From contig CACZBD010000007.1 of NCBI GenBank assembly GCA_902779305.1, positions 88,760-152,759 on the forward strand: DNA of 64,000 nt. The letters are read 5' to 3'. Below are positions 1 through 8,813 of the stretch, one piece after another. Every line of letters starts with the position of its first letter. Position 1 is the stretch's first letter. The notes under the pieces were generated by a model that saw only the letters and a list, made by a program, of their open reading frames with translations, was not told where the DNA came from and did no database searches. The position numbers were made by a program, and so were the translations under genes. This DNA is from an uncultured Lachnospiraceae bacterium. GTDB taxonomy: Bacteria > Bacillota > Clostridia > Lachnospirales > Lachnospiraceae.

Positions 1-1
1 G

Positions 2-334
2 TTCGGGCTGGTTTACCGTCTGGACGATTTCCTGATCCTGTATGCGCACACGAGGATCATCTGTGATGATTTTGAGAGCAATCCGAATTTCCGCAGGCTG
101 ATCAGAGGCAGGATCGATTTCTACTTTGCGAAATATGACGAGACCTATCATCAGATGTGCCGCGAGCTGCTTCTGATGAATTCCTACGGCAAGTATGAGA
201 AGGAATGCATCGAGAACGCCAAAAGCGCGCTGTCGGACAAACTCCCAGAGGAATCGGAACGCCTGGATAACAAGACCAGGGTGGAATCTTCTCTGGCGAA
301 AGGCCTGCTTAAGTTTTTCAGAGAAAAGAAGTGA
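2..334 (+). CDS. 3' end of an unidentified protein-coding gene that runs off the left edge
   Basis: Open frame from position 2 to TGA at 332-334 (FGLVYRLDDF...LKFFREKK*). No family recognised. Confidence 0.45.
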   Translation, partial: FGLVYRLDDFLILYAHTRIICDDFESNPNFRRLIRGRIDFYFAKYDETYHQMCRELLLMNSYGKYEKECIENAKSALSDKLPEESERLDNKTRVESSLAKGLLKFFREKK

Positions 335-417
335 TTTTTTATATTCTGTATGCTATACTGACCTTACCGGCCGTTTTGAACGGACCGGAAGAATAAATGG
401 TAGGAAGGTGAAAGAGA

Positions 418-1743
418 ATGGGATTAATATCAGCAATTACCGCAGCGGCCGGCTCTGCTTTGGCTGACTCCTGGCGAGAGTATTTTTACTGTGACTCTCT
501 GGCTGCAGATGTGATGATCGTAAAAGGCGAGAAGCGCACCGGCAAGAAGAGCTCCAACACAAAGGGGAGTGACAACCTGATCAGTAACGGCTCGATCATC
601 GCGGTGAACGAAGGTCAGTGTATGCTGATCGTGGAACAGGGTAAAGTCGTTGATGTCTGCGCGGAACCCGGTGAGTTCGTATGGGATGCTTCTACAGAAC
701 CCAGTATCTTCTACGGAAGTCTCGGTCCGAATATCCTGAACACATTCAAACAGATCGGAAGACGTTTCACATTCGGCGGCGACACCGCGAAGGATCAGAG
801 AGTATACTTTGTCAACACCAAGGAACTGGTCGGCAATAAATACGGAACAGCCAATCCGGTACCGTTCCGTGTGGTAGATAAGAACATCGGACTGGACGTG
901 GATATCGCGATCCGCTGCCACGGCGAATATTCTTATAAGATTGTTGACCCGATCCTGTTCTATACGAATGTTGCGGGAAATGTTACCGCAGAATACAGAA
1001 GAGACCAGATCGATTCCCAGTTGAAGGCGGAACTGATGACGGCCCTTCAGCCGGCATTTGCCAAGATCTCAGAGATGGGTATCCGTTATTCGGCACTTCC
1101 CGGACATACGGTAGAGATCGCAGATGCGCTCAATGAAGTCCTGTCCGAGAAATGGGGAGAGCTTCGCGGCCTGAAAGTCGTTTCTTTCGGTGTCAACAGC
1201 GTAACGGCTTCCGAAGAAGACGAGAAGATGATCAAAGAGCTGCAGAAGAATGCGGTTTTTACCAATCCGGCAATGGCAGCGGCAACGCTTACGGCGGCAC
1301 AGGCTTCCGCAATGCAGGCGGCTGCATCCAACGAGTCTACCGGACCGATGATGGCGTTTGCAGGCATGAACATGGCCAACATGGCAGGCGGCATGAACGC
1401 GAACAACCTCTTCGGCATGGCACAGCAGCAACAGCAGGCAGCACCTCAGGCTGCTCCGGCAGCACCTGCTGCAGCGGGTTGGACCTGCGCATGCGGCGTG
1501 ACCGGAAATACCGGCAAGTTCTGTTCCGAGTGCGGCGCTCCGCAGCCCTCTGCTGACGGTTGGACCTGCACCTGCGGCACCGTAAACAAAGGCAAATTCT
1601 GCCAGAACTGCGGCGCTAAGAAACCGGCAGGCGCTCCCGTTTACAAGTGTGACAAGTGCGGCTGGGAACCGGAAGATAAGACGAATCCGCCGAAGTTCTG
1701 TCCGGAATGCGGCGATCCGTTCGACGATAACGACGTTCAGTAA
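418..1743 (+). CDS. SPFH/band-7-like protein (YdjI / COG4260-type) fused to a C-terminal triple zinc-ribbon
   Basis: 441-aa ORF with RBS GGAAGGTGA upstream. The N-terminal ~300 aa resemble the YdjI-type SPFH family (by recall). This is followed by a Q/A/P/M-rich linker and three CxCG..CxxCG zinc-ribbon repeats (GWTCACG..CSECG, GWTCTCG..CQNCG, YKCDKCG..CPECG). Confidence 0.7.
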   Translation: MGLISAITAAAGSALADSWREYFYCDSLAADVMIVKGEKRTGKKSSNTKGSDNLISNGSIIAVNEGQCMLIVEQGKVVDVCAEPGEFVWDASTEPSIFYGSLGPNILNTFKQIGRRFTFGGDTAKDQRVYFVNTKELVGNKYGTANPVPFRVVDKNIGLDVDIAIRCHGEYSYKIVDPILFYTNVAGNVTAEYRRDQIDSQLKAELMTALQPAFAKISEMGIRYSALPGHTVEIADALNEVLSEKWGELRGLKVVSFGVNSVTASEEDEKMIKELQKNAVFTNPAMAAATLTAAQASAMQAAASNESTGPMMAFAGMNMANMAGGMNANNLFGMAQQQQQAAPQAAPAAPAAAGWTCACGVTGNTGKFCSECGAPQPSADGWTCTCGTVNKGKFCQNCGAKKPAGAPVYKCDKCGWEPEDKTNPPKFCPECGDPFDDNDVQ

Positions 1744-1810
1744 TTTCGCAGATTGTTTTTTTGCACAAATAATTAATTTTTAGATAGAAACGCTTATTTG
1801 TGTCTGATAT

Positions 1811-1853
1811 AATACCATAGGGTTCGAACGAACCCTGTGGTATTATTATTTTT
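1811..1853 (+). terminator. Rho-independent terminator after the SPFH gene
   Basis: Long hairpin AATACCATAGGGTTCG/CGAACCCTGTGGTATT followed by ATTATTTTT. Confidence 0.6.
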
Positions 1854-1864
1854 CAGAGGATATC

Positions 1865-2815
1865 ATGGTATATAACAACATTCTCGAGGCGATCGGGCAT
1901 ACTCCGATCGTCCGTTTGCAAAAACTGACGGATCCTTCCATGGCGGAGGTCCTTGTCAAATATGAGGGACTGAATATCGGCGGTTCCATCAAGACACGAA
2001 CCGCTTACAATATGTTAAAAAAGGCAGAGGAAGAAGGCCTGATCCGGGAAGATACCGTGATTGTGGAACCGACCAGCGGCAACCAGGGGATCGGACTTGC
2101 TCTCGTCGGTGCGGTCAAAGGCTACCATGTCGTGATCATCATGCCGGATTCCGTATCGGAAGAACGCCGGAAGCTCGTCAGGGCTTACGGGGCCGAAGTG
2201 ATCCTCGTTCATGATGACGGAGATATCGGTGCCTGCATGGAAGAATGTCTGCAGACGGCGATCAGGATGGCGGAAAACGATCCGCATGTCTATATTCCGC
2301 AGCAGTTTACCAATACCAACAATCCAAGAGTTCATAAATATCACACGGCACTCGAGATCCTCGAACAGGTGGAAGGCCCGATCGACGGATTCTGTTCCGG
2401 CGTCGGTACCGGCGGCACGATCTCGGGGATCGGTGAGACGTTAAAATCACAGAATCCCGATATCCTGATCTGGGCGGTGGAACCGGAAAACGCGGCGATC
2501 CTTTCCGGCGGCAGCATCGGCACCCATCTGCAGATGGGGATCGGTGACGGCATCATTCCCGATAATCTGAATACAGAGATCTATTCGGACATCTGCGTGA
2601 TCTCCGATGAGGAAGCCATCAACACATCCAAAAGGCTGATGAAAGAAGAAGGGATCATGTGCGGGATCTCTTCCGGCTCCAATGTTGCTGCGGCTCTGAA
2701 AATGGCCAAAGTGCTCGGAAGAGGCAAAACGGTGGTTACGATCCTGCCGGATACGGGGGAACGCTATTTTTCGACCGTGTTATTTGACAATGATACACAG
2801 GCAGACCTGCCTTAG
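1865..2815 (+). CDS. cysK: Cysteine synthase (O-acetylserine sulfhydrylase family, PLP-dependent)
   Basis: 316 aa. N-terminus is IGHTPIVRL, the PLP-lysine region is GGSIKTR, and EPTSGNQGIGLA and GVGTGGTISG loops are typical of CysK/CysM. RBS is AGAGGA. Confidence 0.85.
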   Translation: MVYNNILEAIGHTPIVRLQKLTDPSMAEVLVKYEGLNIGGSIKTRTAYNMLKKAEEEGLIREDTVIVEPTSGNQGIGLALVGAVKGYHVVIIMPDSVSEERRKLVRAYGAEVILVHDDGDIGACMEECLQTAIRMAENDPHVYIPQQFTNTNNPRVHKYHTALEILEQVEGPIDGFCSGVGTGGTISGIGETLKSQNPDILIWAVEPENAAILSGGSIGTHLQMGIGDGIIPDNLNTEIYSDICVISDEEAINTSKRLMKEEGIMCGISSGSNVAAALKMAKVLGRGKTVVTILPDTGERYFSTVLFDNDTQADLP

Positions 2816-2820
2816 AAATG

Positions 2821-2848
2821 ACGACGCGATCTTTCGCGTCGTTCTTAT
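2821..2848 (+). terminator. Possible weak terminator after cysK
   Basis: 9-bp GC-rich stem ACGACGCGA/TCGCGTCGT with a 4-nt loop, followed by TCTTATAAT (a poor U-tract). Confidence 0.4.
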
Positions 2849-2928
2849 AATGACCGGTTTTTGACCGGTACCGGTCCGCAGAAGCGCGCTTTGTCTTTTG
2901 CGGGAATTTACAAAAACAGGAGGCTGAA

Positions 2929-5900
2929 ATGAAAAAGAGAGATGACATCAACAAGATCCTGATCATCGGATCGGGTCCGATCATCATCGGACAGGCGTGC
3001 GAGTTCGACTATTCCGGGACGCAGGCCTGTAAGGCATTGAAAAAACTTGGATATGAGATCGTGCTGGTCAATTCCAATCCGGCAACGATCATGACAGATC
3101 CGGAGACTGCGGATGTCACCTATATCGAACCGCTGAACGTAGAACGCCTGACGCAGATCATCGAGAAGGAAAGACCTGACGGCCTGCTTCCGAACCTCGG
3201 CGGACAGACGGGTTTGAACCTGTGTTCCGAACTCAATGAAAAAGGGGTCCTGGATAAGTATAACGTCAAAGTCATCGGCGTTCAGGTTGATGCCATCGAA
3301 CGCGGGGAAGACAGGATCGAATTTAAAAAGACCATGAAGGAACTCGGGATCGAAATGGCAAGATCCGAGGTTGCTTATTCCGTGGATGATGCGCTGCACA
3401 TCGCGGATCAGCTCGGCTATCCGGTAGTGCTTCGTCCGGCTTATACCATGGGCGGCGCAGGCGGCGGCCTGGTCTATAATGTGGATGAACTGAAAACGGT
3501 CTGTGAAAGAGGTCTGCAGGCCAGTATGGTGGGACAGGTTCTGGTGGAAGAGTCGATCCTCGGATGGGAAGAACTGGAACTTGAAGTGGTCAGGGATGCG
3601 ACCGGTAAAATGATCACAGTCTGCTTCATCGAAAACATCGATCCGCTCGGCGTGCATACGGGAGATTCCTTCTGCAGCGCCCCGATGCTGACGATCTCCG
3701 AAGAGGTACAGAAAGAATTGCAGCGGCAGGCTTACAAGATCGTGGATGCCATTGAAGTCATCGGCGGGACCAATGTACAGTTTGCAAGAAACACGCAGGA
3801 CGGCAGGATCATCGTGATCGAGATCAACCCGAGAACTTCCAGATCTTCGGCACTCGCATCCAAAGCAACAGGATTCCCGATCGCTCTTGTTTCCTCCATG
3901 CTCGCGGCAGGGCTCGATCTTTGCGACATTCCCTGCGGGAAATACGGAACGCTTGATAAATATGTGCCGGACGGCGATTATGTGGTGATCAAATTCGCCA
4001 GATGGGCATTTGAAAAATTCAAAGGCGCAGAGGACAAACTCGGGACACAGATGCGCGCGGTCGGTGAGGTCATGAGCATCGGCAAGACCTATAAAGAGGC
4101 ATTCCAGAAGGCGATCAGATCTCTGGAGATCGGCTGCTACGGTCTCGGCCATGTAAAAGATTATGACAGTCTTACCAAAAAGGAACTGCTCGACAGACTG
4201 CATGTTCCGACATCCCAGAGGCAGTTTTTGATGTATGAAAGCATCCGGAAGGGCGCCACAACAGAGGAACTGTATGAGATCACAAAGATCAAACCGTACT
4301 TTATCGATCAGATGCGGGAACTGGTGGAAGAAGAGGAAGAACTGATAAAATACCGCGGCAGTATCCCGCCGGAAGAGAAACTGCGCAAAGCAAAACAGGA
4401 CGGCTTTTCGGATCGTTACTTAAGCATGCTCCTGCAGATCCCGGAGGATCTGATCCGGGATTCGAGGATCGGCGCAGGGATCGTTGAAAAGTGGGAAGGC
4501 GTTCATGTCAGCGGAACGGAGGACAGCGCTTACTATTATTCGTCATATAACATCAAAGAGGATGCGCCCGCATCCGATAATCCGAAGAAGATCATGATCC
4601 TCGGCGGCGGTCCGAACAGGATCGGACAGGGGATCGAGTTTGACTACTGCTGCGTGCATGCGGCAAAAGCACTGAAGAAACTCGGATTCGAAACGATCAT
4701 CGTCAACTGCAATCCGGAAACGGTTTCCACAGACTATGACACTTCGGACAAACTTTACTTTGAGCCGCTGACGCTTGAAGATGTGCTTTCGATCCATGAA
4801 AAGGAAAAACCGCTCGGCGTGATCGCGCAGTTCGGCGGACAGACCCCGCTGAATCTGGCAGCGGCATTAAAGAAGAACGGCGTGAATATCTTAGGCACCA
4901 CTCCGGAAACCATCGATATGGCAGAAGACAGGGATCTGTTCCGTGCCATGATGGAGAAACTCGACATTCCGATGCCGGAATCCGGGATGGCTGTCAGTGT
5001 GGAGGAAGCCATTGAAATCGCGAACAAGATCGGTTATCCTGTCATGGTGCGTCCTTCCTATGTTCTTGGCGGACGCGGGATGGAAGTCGTGCATGATGAT
5101 GATCATATGCGTGTATATATGGCTGCAGCGGTCGGCGTGACGCCGGACCGCCCGATCCTGATCGACAGATTTTTACAGAATGCCATGGAATGTGAAGCGG
5201 ACGCGATCTCTGACGGAACAAATGTATTCGTTCCCGCGGTGATGGAACATATCGAACTGGCCGGTGTGCATTCCGGTGACAGTGCCTGCGTGCTTCCGTC
5301 CATCAATATTTCCGAGAAGAACGTTGCCCTGATCCGTGAATACACGATGAAGATCGCAAAGGAAATGAACGTGCGCGGCCTGATGAACATGCAGTATGCG
5401 ATCGAAAACGACAAGGTCTATGTGCTGGAAGCAAACCCGCGGGCCAGCCGTACCGTACCGCTTGTCTCGAAGGTCTGCAACATCCGCATGGTGCCTCTTG
5501 CAACAGAGGTCATTACCTCGGAACTGACCGGAAAACCTTCTCCGATCCCTTCCCTGAAACAGCAGAAGTTCAAACACTGCGGCGTCAAGGAAGCGGTCTT
5601 CCCCTTCAACATGTTCCAGGAAGTGGATCCGCTGCTCGGGCCGGAAATGCGTTCCACGGGTGAAGTGCTCGGCATGGCGGCTGATTTTGGCGAAGCCTTC
5701 TACAAGGCGCAGGAAGCAACGCAGACGAGACTTCCGCTTTCGGGAACGGTGCTGATCAGCGTGAACGATCATGACAAGAAGGATCTGGTGGAGGTCGCCA
5801 AAGGCTTTTACGATTGCGGTTTCGATCTGATCGCAACGGGCGGGACCTGCGATATGATCGTGGATGCCGGGATCCCCTGCAAAAAGATCTTTAAACTCCA

Positions 5901-6150
5901 GCAGGGACGTCCGAACGTGCTGGATGCGATCACCAACCGTCAGGTCAACCTGGTGATCAATACGCCGGATGACAAGAAGGGCGCCATGGATGATTCCTAT
6001 ATCCGTAAGGGCGTGATCAAGGAACGGATCTCCTATGTTTCCACAATGGCCGCCGCCAAGGCTTCTCTGGAAGGGATCAGGGCCATGAAGGAAAGCAGGA
6101 GCGGGGTAAAATCCCTGCAGCAGTTCCATTCCGAGATCGAGGATCTGTAA
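2929..6150 (+). CDS. carB: Carbamoyl-phosphate synthase large subunit
   Basis: 1073 aa. ILIIGSGPIIIGQACEFDYSG appears at the N-terminus and is repeated internally (IMILGGGPNRIGQGIEFDY). There are two ATP-grasp halves and a C-terminal MGS-like domain. RBS is AGGAGG. Confidence 0.95.
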   Translation: MKKRDDINKILIIGSGPIIIGQACEFDYSGTQACKALKKLGYEIVLVNSNPATIMTDPETADVTYIEPLNVERLTQIIEKERPDGLLPNLGGQTGLNLCSELNEKGVLDKYNVKVIGVQVDAIERGEDRIEFKKTMKELGIEMARSEVAYSVDDALHIADQLGYPVVLRPAYTMGGAGGGLVYNVDELKTVCERGLQASMVGQVLVEESILGWEELELEVVRDATGKMITVCFIENIDPLGVHTGDSFCSAPMLTISEEVQKELQRQAYKIVDAIEVIGGTNVQFARNTQDGRIIVIEINPRTSRSSALASKATGFPIALVSSMLAAGLDLCDIPCGKYGTLDKYVPDGDYVVIKFARWAFEKFKGAEDKLGTQMRAVGEVMSIGKTYKEAFQKAIRSLEIGCYGLGHVKDYDSLTKKELLDRLHVPTSQRQFLMYESIRKGATTEELYEITKIKPYFIDQMRELVEEEEELIKYRGSIPPEEKLRKAKQDGFSDRYLSMLLQIPEDLIRDSRIGAGIVEKWEGVHVSGTEDSAYYYSSYNIKEDAPASDNPKKIMILGGGPNRIGQGIEFDYCCVHAAKALKKLGFETIIVNCNPETVSTDYDTSDKLYFEPLTLEDVLSIHEKEKPLGVIAQFGGQTPLNLAAALKKNGVNILGTTPETIDMAEDRDLFRAMMEKLDIPMPESGMAVSVEEAIEIANKIGYPVMVRPSYVLGGRGMEVVHDDDHMRVYMAAAVGVTPDRPILIDRFLQNAMECEADAISDGTNVFVPAVMEHIELAGVHSGDSACVLPSINISEKNVALIREYTMKIAKEMNVRGLMNMQYAIENDKVYVLEANPRASRTVPLVSKVCNIRMVPLATEVITSELTGKPSPIPSLKQQKFKHCGVKEAVFPFNMFQEVDPLLGPEMRSTGEVLGMAADFGEAFYKAQEATQTRLPLSGTVLISVNDHDKKDLVEVAKGFYDCGFDLIATGGTCDMIVDAGIPCKKIFKLQQGRPNVLDAITNRQVNLVINTPDDKKGAMDDSYIRKGVIKERISYVSTMAAAKASLEGIRAMKESRSGVKSLQQFHSEIEDL

Positions 6151-6198
6151 TGCCGGCTGACGGAGCCCGATAAAGGTTAATTTACTTGATAATCACGG

Positions 6199-6243
6199 TT
6201 AAAGAGTATATACTCATTAGAGTGTGTACTCTTTAATTTTTTT
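6199..6243 (+). terminator. Rho-independent terminator after carB
   Basis: Stem TTAAAGAGTA..TACTCTTTAA followed by TTTTTTT. Confidence 0.7.
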
Positions 6244-6254
6244 GGAGGTAAGTC

Positions 6255-7541
6255 ATGTTAGATATGAAATTTGTCAGGGAGAACCCTGAGATCGTGAAGC
6301 AGAATCTTCGCAATAAATTCCAGGAGGAAAAGCTGCCGCTCGTGGACGAAGTGATCGCGCTCGATGAAGAAAGCAGGAAGACCAAGCAGGAAGCGGATGA
6401 CTTGAGAGCCGGCCGCAACAAACTCAGCAAGCAGATCGGCGCGCTGATGGCACAGGGCAAAAAGGAAGAAGCCGAAGAGATCAAGAAACAGGTGACGGCC
6501 AATTCGGAACGCCTTGCAAAACTCGAAGCAGCAGAGGGAGAACTGTCCGAGAAAGTCACAAAGATCATGATGGTGCTTCCGAATATCATCGATCCGAGCG
6601 TTCCGATCGGAAAAGATGATTCCGAGAATGTGGAAGTCACAAAATACGGGGATCCGGTTGTTCCGGATTTTGAGATCCCTTACCATACCGAGATCATGGA
6701 ACGGTTCGACGGGATCGATCTGGATGCCGCAGGACGCGTGGCCGGAAACGGATTCTATTATCTGATGGGCGATATTGCAAGACTGCATTCCGCAGTGATC
6801 GCTTATGCGCGTGATTTTATGATCGACAGAGGCTTCACTTACTGTGTGCCGCCGTTCATGATCCGCAGCAACGTCGTGACCGGTGTCATGAGCTTTGCGG
6901 AGATGGATGCCATGATGTACAAGATCGAAGGAGAGGATCTCTACCTGATCGGAACCAGTGAGCATTCCATGATCGGTAAGTTTATCGATACGATCGTTCC
7001 CGAGGAAGAACTTCCCAAAACCCTGACCAGTTATTCGCCCTGCTTCCGTAAGGAAAAAGGCGCGCACGGGATCGAGGAGAGAGGGGTCTATCGGATCCAT
7101 CAGTTTGAAAAACAGGAAATGATCGTGGTCTGCCGTCCGGAGGACAGCCCGATGTGGTTTGACAAATTGTGGCAGAACACCGTGGATCTGTTCCGCTCGA
7201 TGGACATTCCCGTCCGCACGCTTGAATGCTGTTCGGGAGACCTTGCGGACCTGAAAGTCAAATCCTTTGATGTGGAGGCTTGGAGCCCGAGACAGAAGAA
7301 GTATTTTGAAGTCGGTTCCTGCTCGAATCTCGGCGATGCACAGGCGAGAAGACTGAAGATCCGTGTGAACGGCAAGGACGGCAAGTACTTTGCGCATACT
7401 TTGAACAATACGGTTGTGGCGCCGCCGCGTATGCTGATCGCATTCCTTGAGAATAACCTGAACGCGGACGGAACCGTGAACATTCCGGAAGTGCTGCGTC
7501 CTTACATGGGCGGCATGGACAAACTCGTCCCGAAACACTGA
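6255..7541 (+). CDS. serS: Seryl-tRNA synthetase
   Basis: 428 aa. It has MLDMKFVRENPE and an N-terminal coiled-coil arm, class II core motifs (FRKEKGAHG..RGVYRIHQF, and GSCSN..D.QARR), and the C-terminal motif TLNNTVVA.PR. Confidence 0.95.
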   Translation: MLDMKFVRENPEIVKQNLRNKFQEEKLPLVDEVIALDEESRKTKQEADDLRAGRNKLSKQIGALMAQGKKEEAEEIKKQVTANSERLAKLEAAEGELSEKVTKIMMVLPNIIDPSVPIGKDDSENVEVTKYGDPVVPDFEIPYHTEIMERFDGIDLDAAGRVAGNGFYYLMGDIARLHSAVIAYARDFMIDRGFTYCVPPFMIRSNVVTGVMSFAEMDAMMYKIEGEDLYLIGTSEHSMIGKFIDTIVPEEELPKTLTSYSPCFRKEKGAHGIEERGVYRIHQFEKQEMIVVCRPEDSPMWFDKLWQNTVDLFRSMDIPVRTLECCSGDLADLKVKSFDVEAWSPRQKKYFEVGSCSNLGDAQARRLKIRVNGKDGKYFAHTLNNTVVAPPRMLIAFLENNLNADGTVNIPEVLRPYMGGMDKLVPKH

Positions 7542-7550
7542 AAATAAGAT

Positions 7551-7870
7551 AAGCAATAAAACAATCTTTCTCACTCGTCTCCTTTAAAACTCGTTCGAAA
7601 GATGTTTTATTGCTTTGTATATGATCATAGTTTCGGACTGAACACTTTTCGAGCGAGCGTTTTAGCGAGACGAGAAAATGTGGTTCAGCCGAAACTTAAT
7701 ACAGTATAATACAGGATCTTGACGGAACGATCTTTTGAGCGAGCGTAGAATAGCGAGCGAAAAAGTATCGTCCGGCCGAAACGTAACAGGATATTACGCA
7801 GGATTTTGACGGAACATTTTTTGAGTGAGCGTAGAATAGCGAGCGAAAAAATATCGTTCCGGCAAAATCC
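7551..7870. repeat. Array of four ~65-70-nt hairpin-forming intergenic repeats with a shared GAGCGAGCG..AGCGAGCG core
   Basis: Units lie at 7551-7615 (core inverted), 7630-7695, 7713-7782 and 7801-7870. Each unit has a 15-19-bp outer stem, a T-run/A-run, and a core resembling TTTTGAGCGAGCGTAGAATAGCGAGCGAAAAA. Unit 0 may also act as the serS terminator. Confidence 0.75.
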
Positions 7871-7910
7871 GTACATGAGAATTCAGTAATACGCACAGAA
7901 GGAGTCACGC

Positions 7911-8813
7911 ATGGACAACGAACGCCGCATGGCAGTGCTGATCGATTCGGAAAACATCTCACCGAAATACGTGAAGTTCATTTTTGATGAAATCTCCAAC
8001 TACGGAACCGCTACCTACAAGCGCGCCTATGGCGACTGGGCCAGCAGGACGAGCACCGGCTGGAAGGATATCCTGTTGAAAAACGCCATTACGCCGGTGC
8101 AGCAGTACGGTTATACGCAGGGGAAGAATTCCACGGATTCCGCTATGATCATCGATGCGATGGACATCCTGTATTCCGGAAAAGTCGACGGATTCTGCAT
8201 CGTATCTTCCGATTCCGACTTTACGAGACTTGCCGGAAGACTCAGGGAGTCCGGGATGCTCGTGATCGGCATGGGAGAGAAGAAGACCGTTGAGGCATTT
8301 CGTACCAGCTGCTCGCTTTTTAAGTATCTGGAGGTCCTTGCGCAGGAAGAGGACCAGAATCCTGAAGTCAGCAGAGAAGAAGTTGAAGAAACGATCTTCA
8401 AGATCATTGCGGATAATGATGCCAATGACAAGGAAACCACGGTGGGCGAGCTCGGCAACAAATTGAGCAACCGCCATGCTGATTTTGACGTTCGTAACTA
8501 CGGGTATTCCAAACTGTCCAAATTCTTGGACAGCATGAAAGCGCTGCGTCTGGAACAGATGGGCAACAACATCCTGGTCACACTGGCGGAGTCGGAGATC
8601 CCGAGAGAAGAAGTGGAAAGAGTGGCGATCGAGATCGTCTCCAAGGCAAGCGGCCATAAGATGGGGCTGCCGGAACTGAAGCAGAAACTCGAACGCAGAC
8701 TTCCGGGCTTCAATATCCGTAACTATAAGTATTCCAAGTTTTCGCAGTTCATCAAAGATATGGACGGCATGCGGGTGAAAAACAACACGGTCGAAAGGAA
8801 GGAGAAAAGATGA
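7911..8813 (+). CDS. NYN-domain (PIN-like, LabA/DUF88-type) predicted ribonuclease with two C-terminal OST-HTH/LOTUS domains
   Basis: 300 aa. The N-terminus (MAVLIDSENISPKY..YGDW..KNSTDSAMIIDAMD..CIVSSDSDFTRLA) fits the NYN acidic-residue pattern. Two repeats (DFDVRNYGYSKLSKFLDSM and GFNIRNYKYSKFSQFIKDM) fit OST-HTH. RBS is AAGGAG. Confidence 0.8.
   Translation: MDNERRMAVLIDSENISPKYVKFIFDEISNYGTATYKRAYGDWASRTSTGWKDILLKNAITPVQQYGYTQGKNSTDSAMIIDAMDILYSGKVDGFCIVSSDSDFTRLAGRLRESGMLVIGMGEKKTVEAFRTSCSLFKYLEVLAQEEDQNPEVSREEVEETIFKIIADNDANDKETTVGELGNKLSNRHADFDVRNYGYSKLSKFLDSMKALRLEQMGNNILVTLAESEIPREEVERVAIEIVSKASGHKMGLPELKQKLERRLPGFNIRNYKYSKFSQFIKDMDGMRVKNNTVERKEKR

Noticed and set aside
195-467. 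90-aa ORF overlapping the end of the first partial gene and the SPFH gene start
   Set aside because: It is Arg-rich and out of frame with two better-supported CDSs, and it crosses an intergenic hairpin.
2908-4203. 431-aa minus-strand ORF antisense to the 5' third of carB, plus 5173-6129 antisense to its 3' part
   Set aside because: This is the same antisense-frame artefact. There are no family features, and it overlaps a near-certain CarB coding region.
6151-6254. T-box leader upstream of serS
   Set aside because: The spacer is only about 100 nt. It is occupied by the carB terminator hairpin plus the RBS, with no specifier-loop or T-box sequence visible. That is too short for a T-box riboswitch.
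6258-7574. 438-aa ORF on the minus strand exactly antisense to the whole of serS
   Set aside because: It has no RBS and a low-complexity, Arg/His/Phe-rich composition typical of the stop-free antisense frame of a strongly codon-biased gene. The sense-strand product is an unmistakable SerS. It is treated as a frame artefact, not a gene.
7551-7870. Possibility that the repeat array is a CRISPR array
   Set aside because: The units are long imperfect palindromes with different stems, irregular short junctions instead of unique 30-40-nt spacers, and one inverted copy. There are no cas genes anywhere in the window.
7685-7962. Two short minus-strand ORFs (63 and 88 aa) with the repeated peptide FFRSLFYA(R/H)SK
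   Set aside because: The repeated peptides simply reflect translation across the intergenic hairpin repeats. There is no RBS, and one ORF overlaps the NYN gene start.
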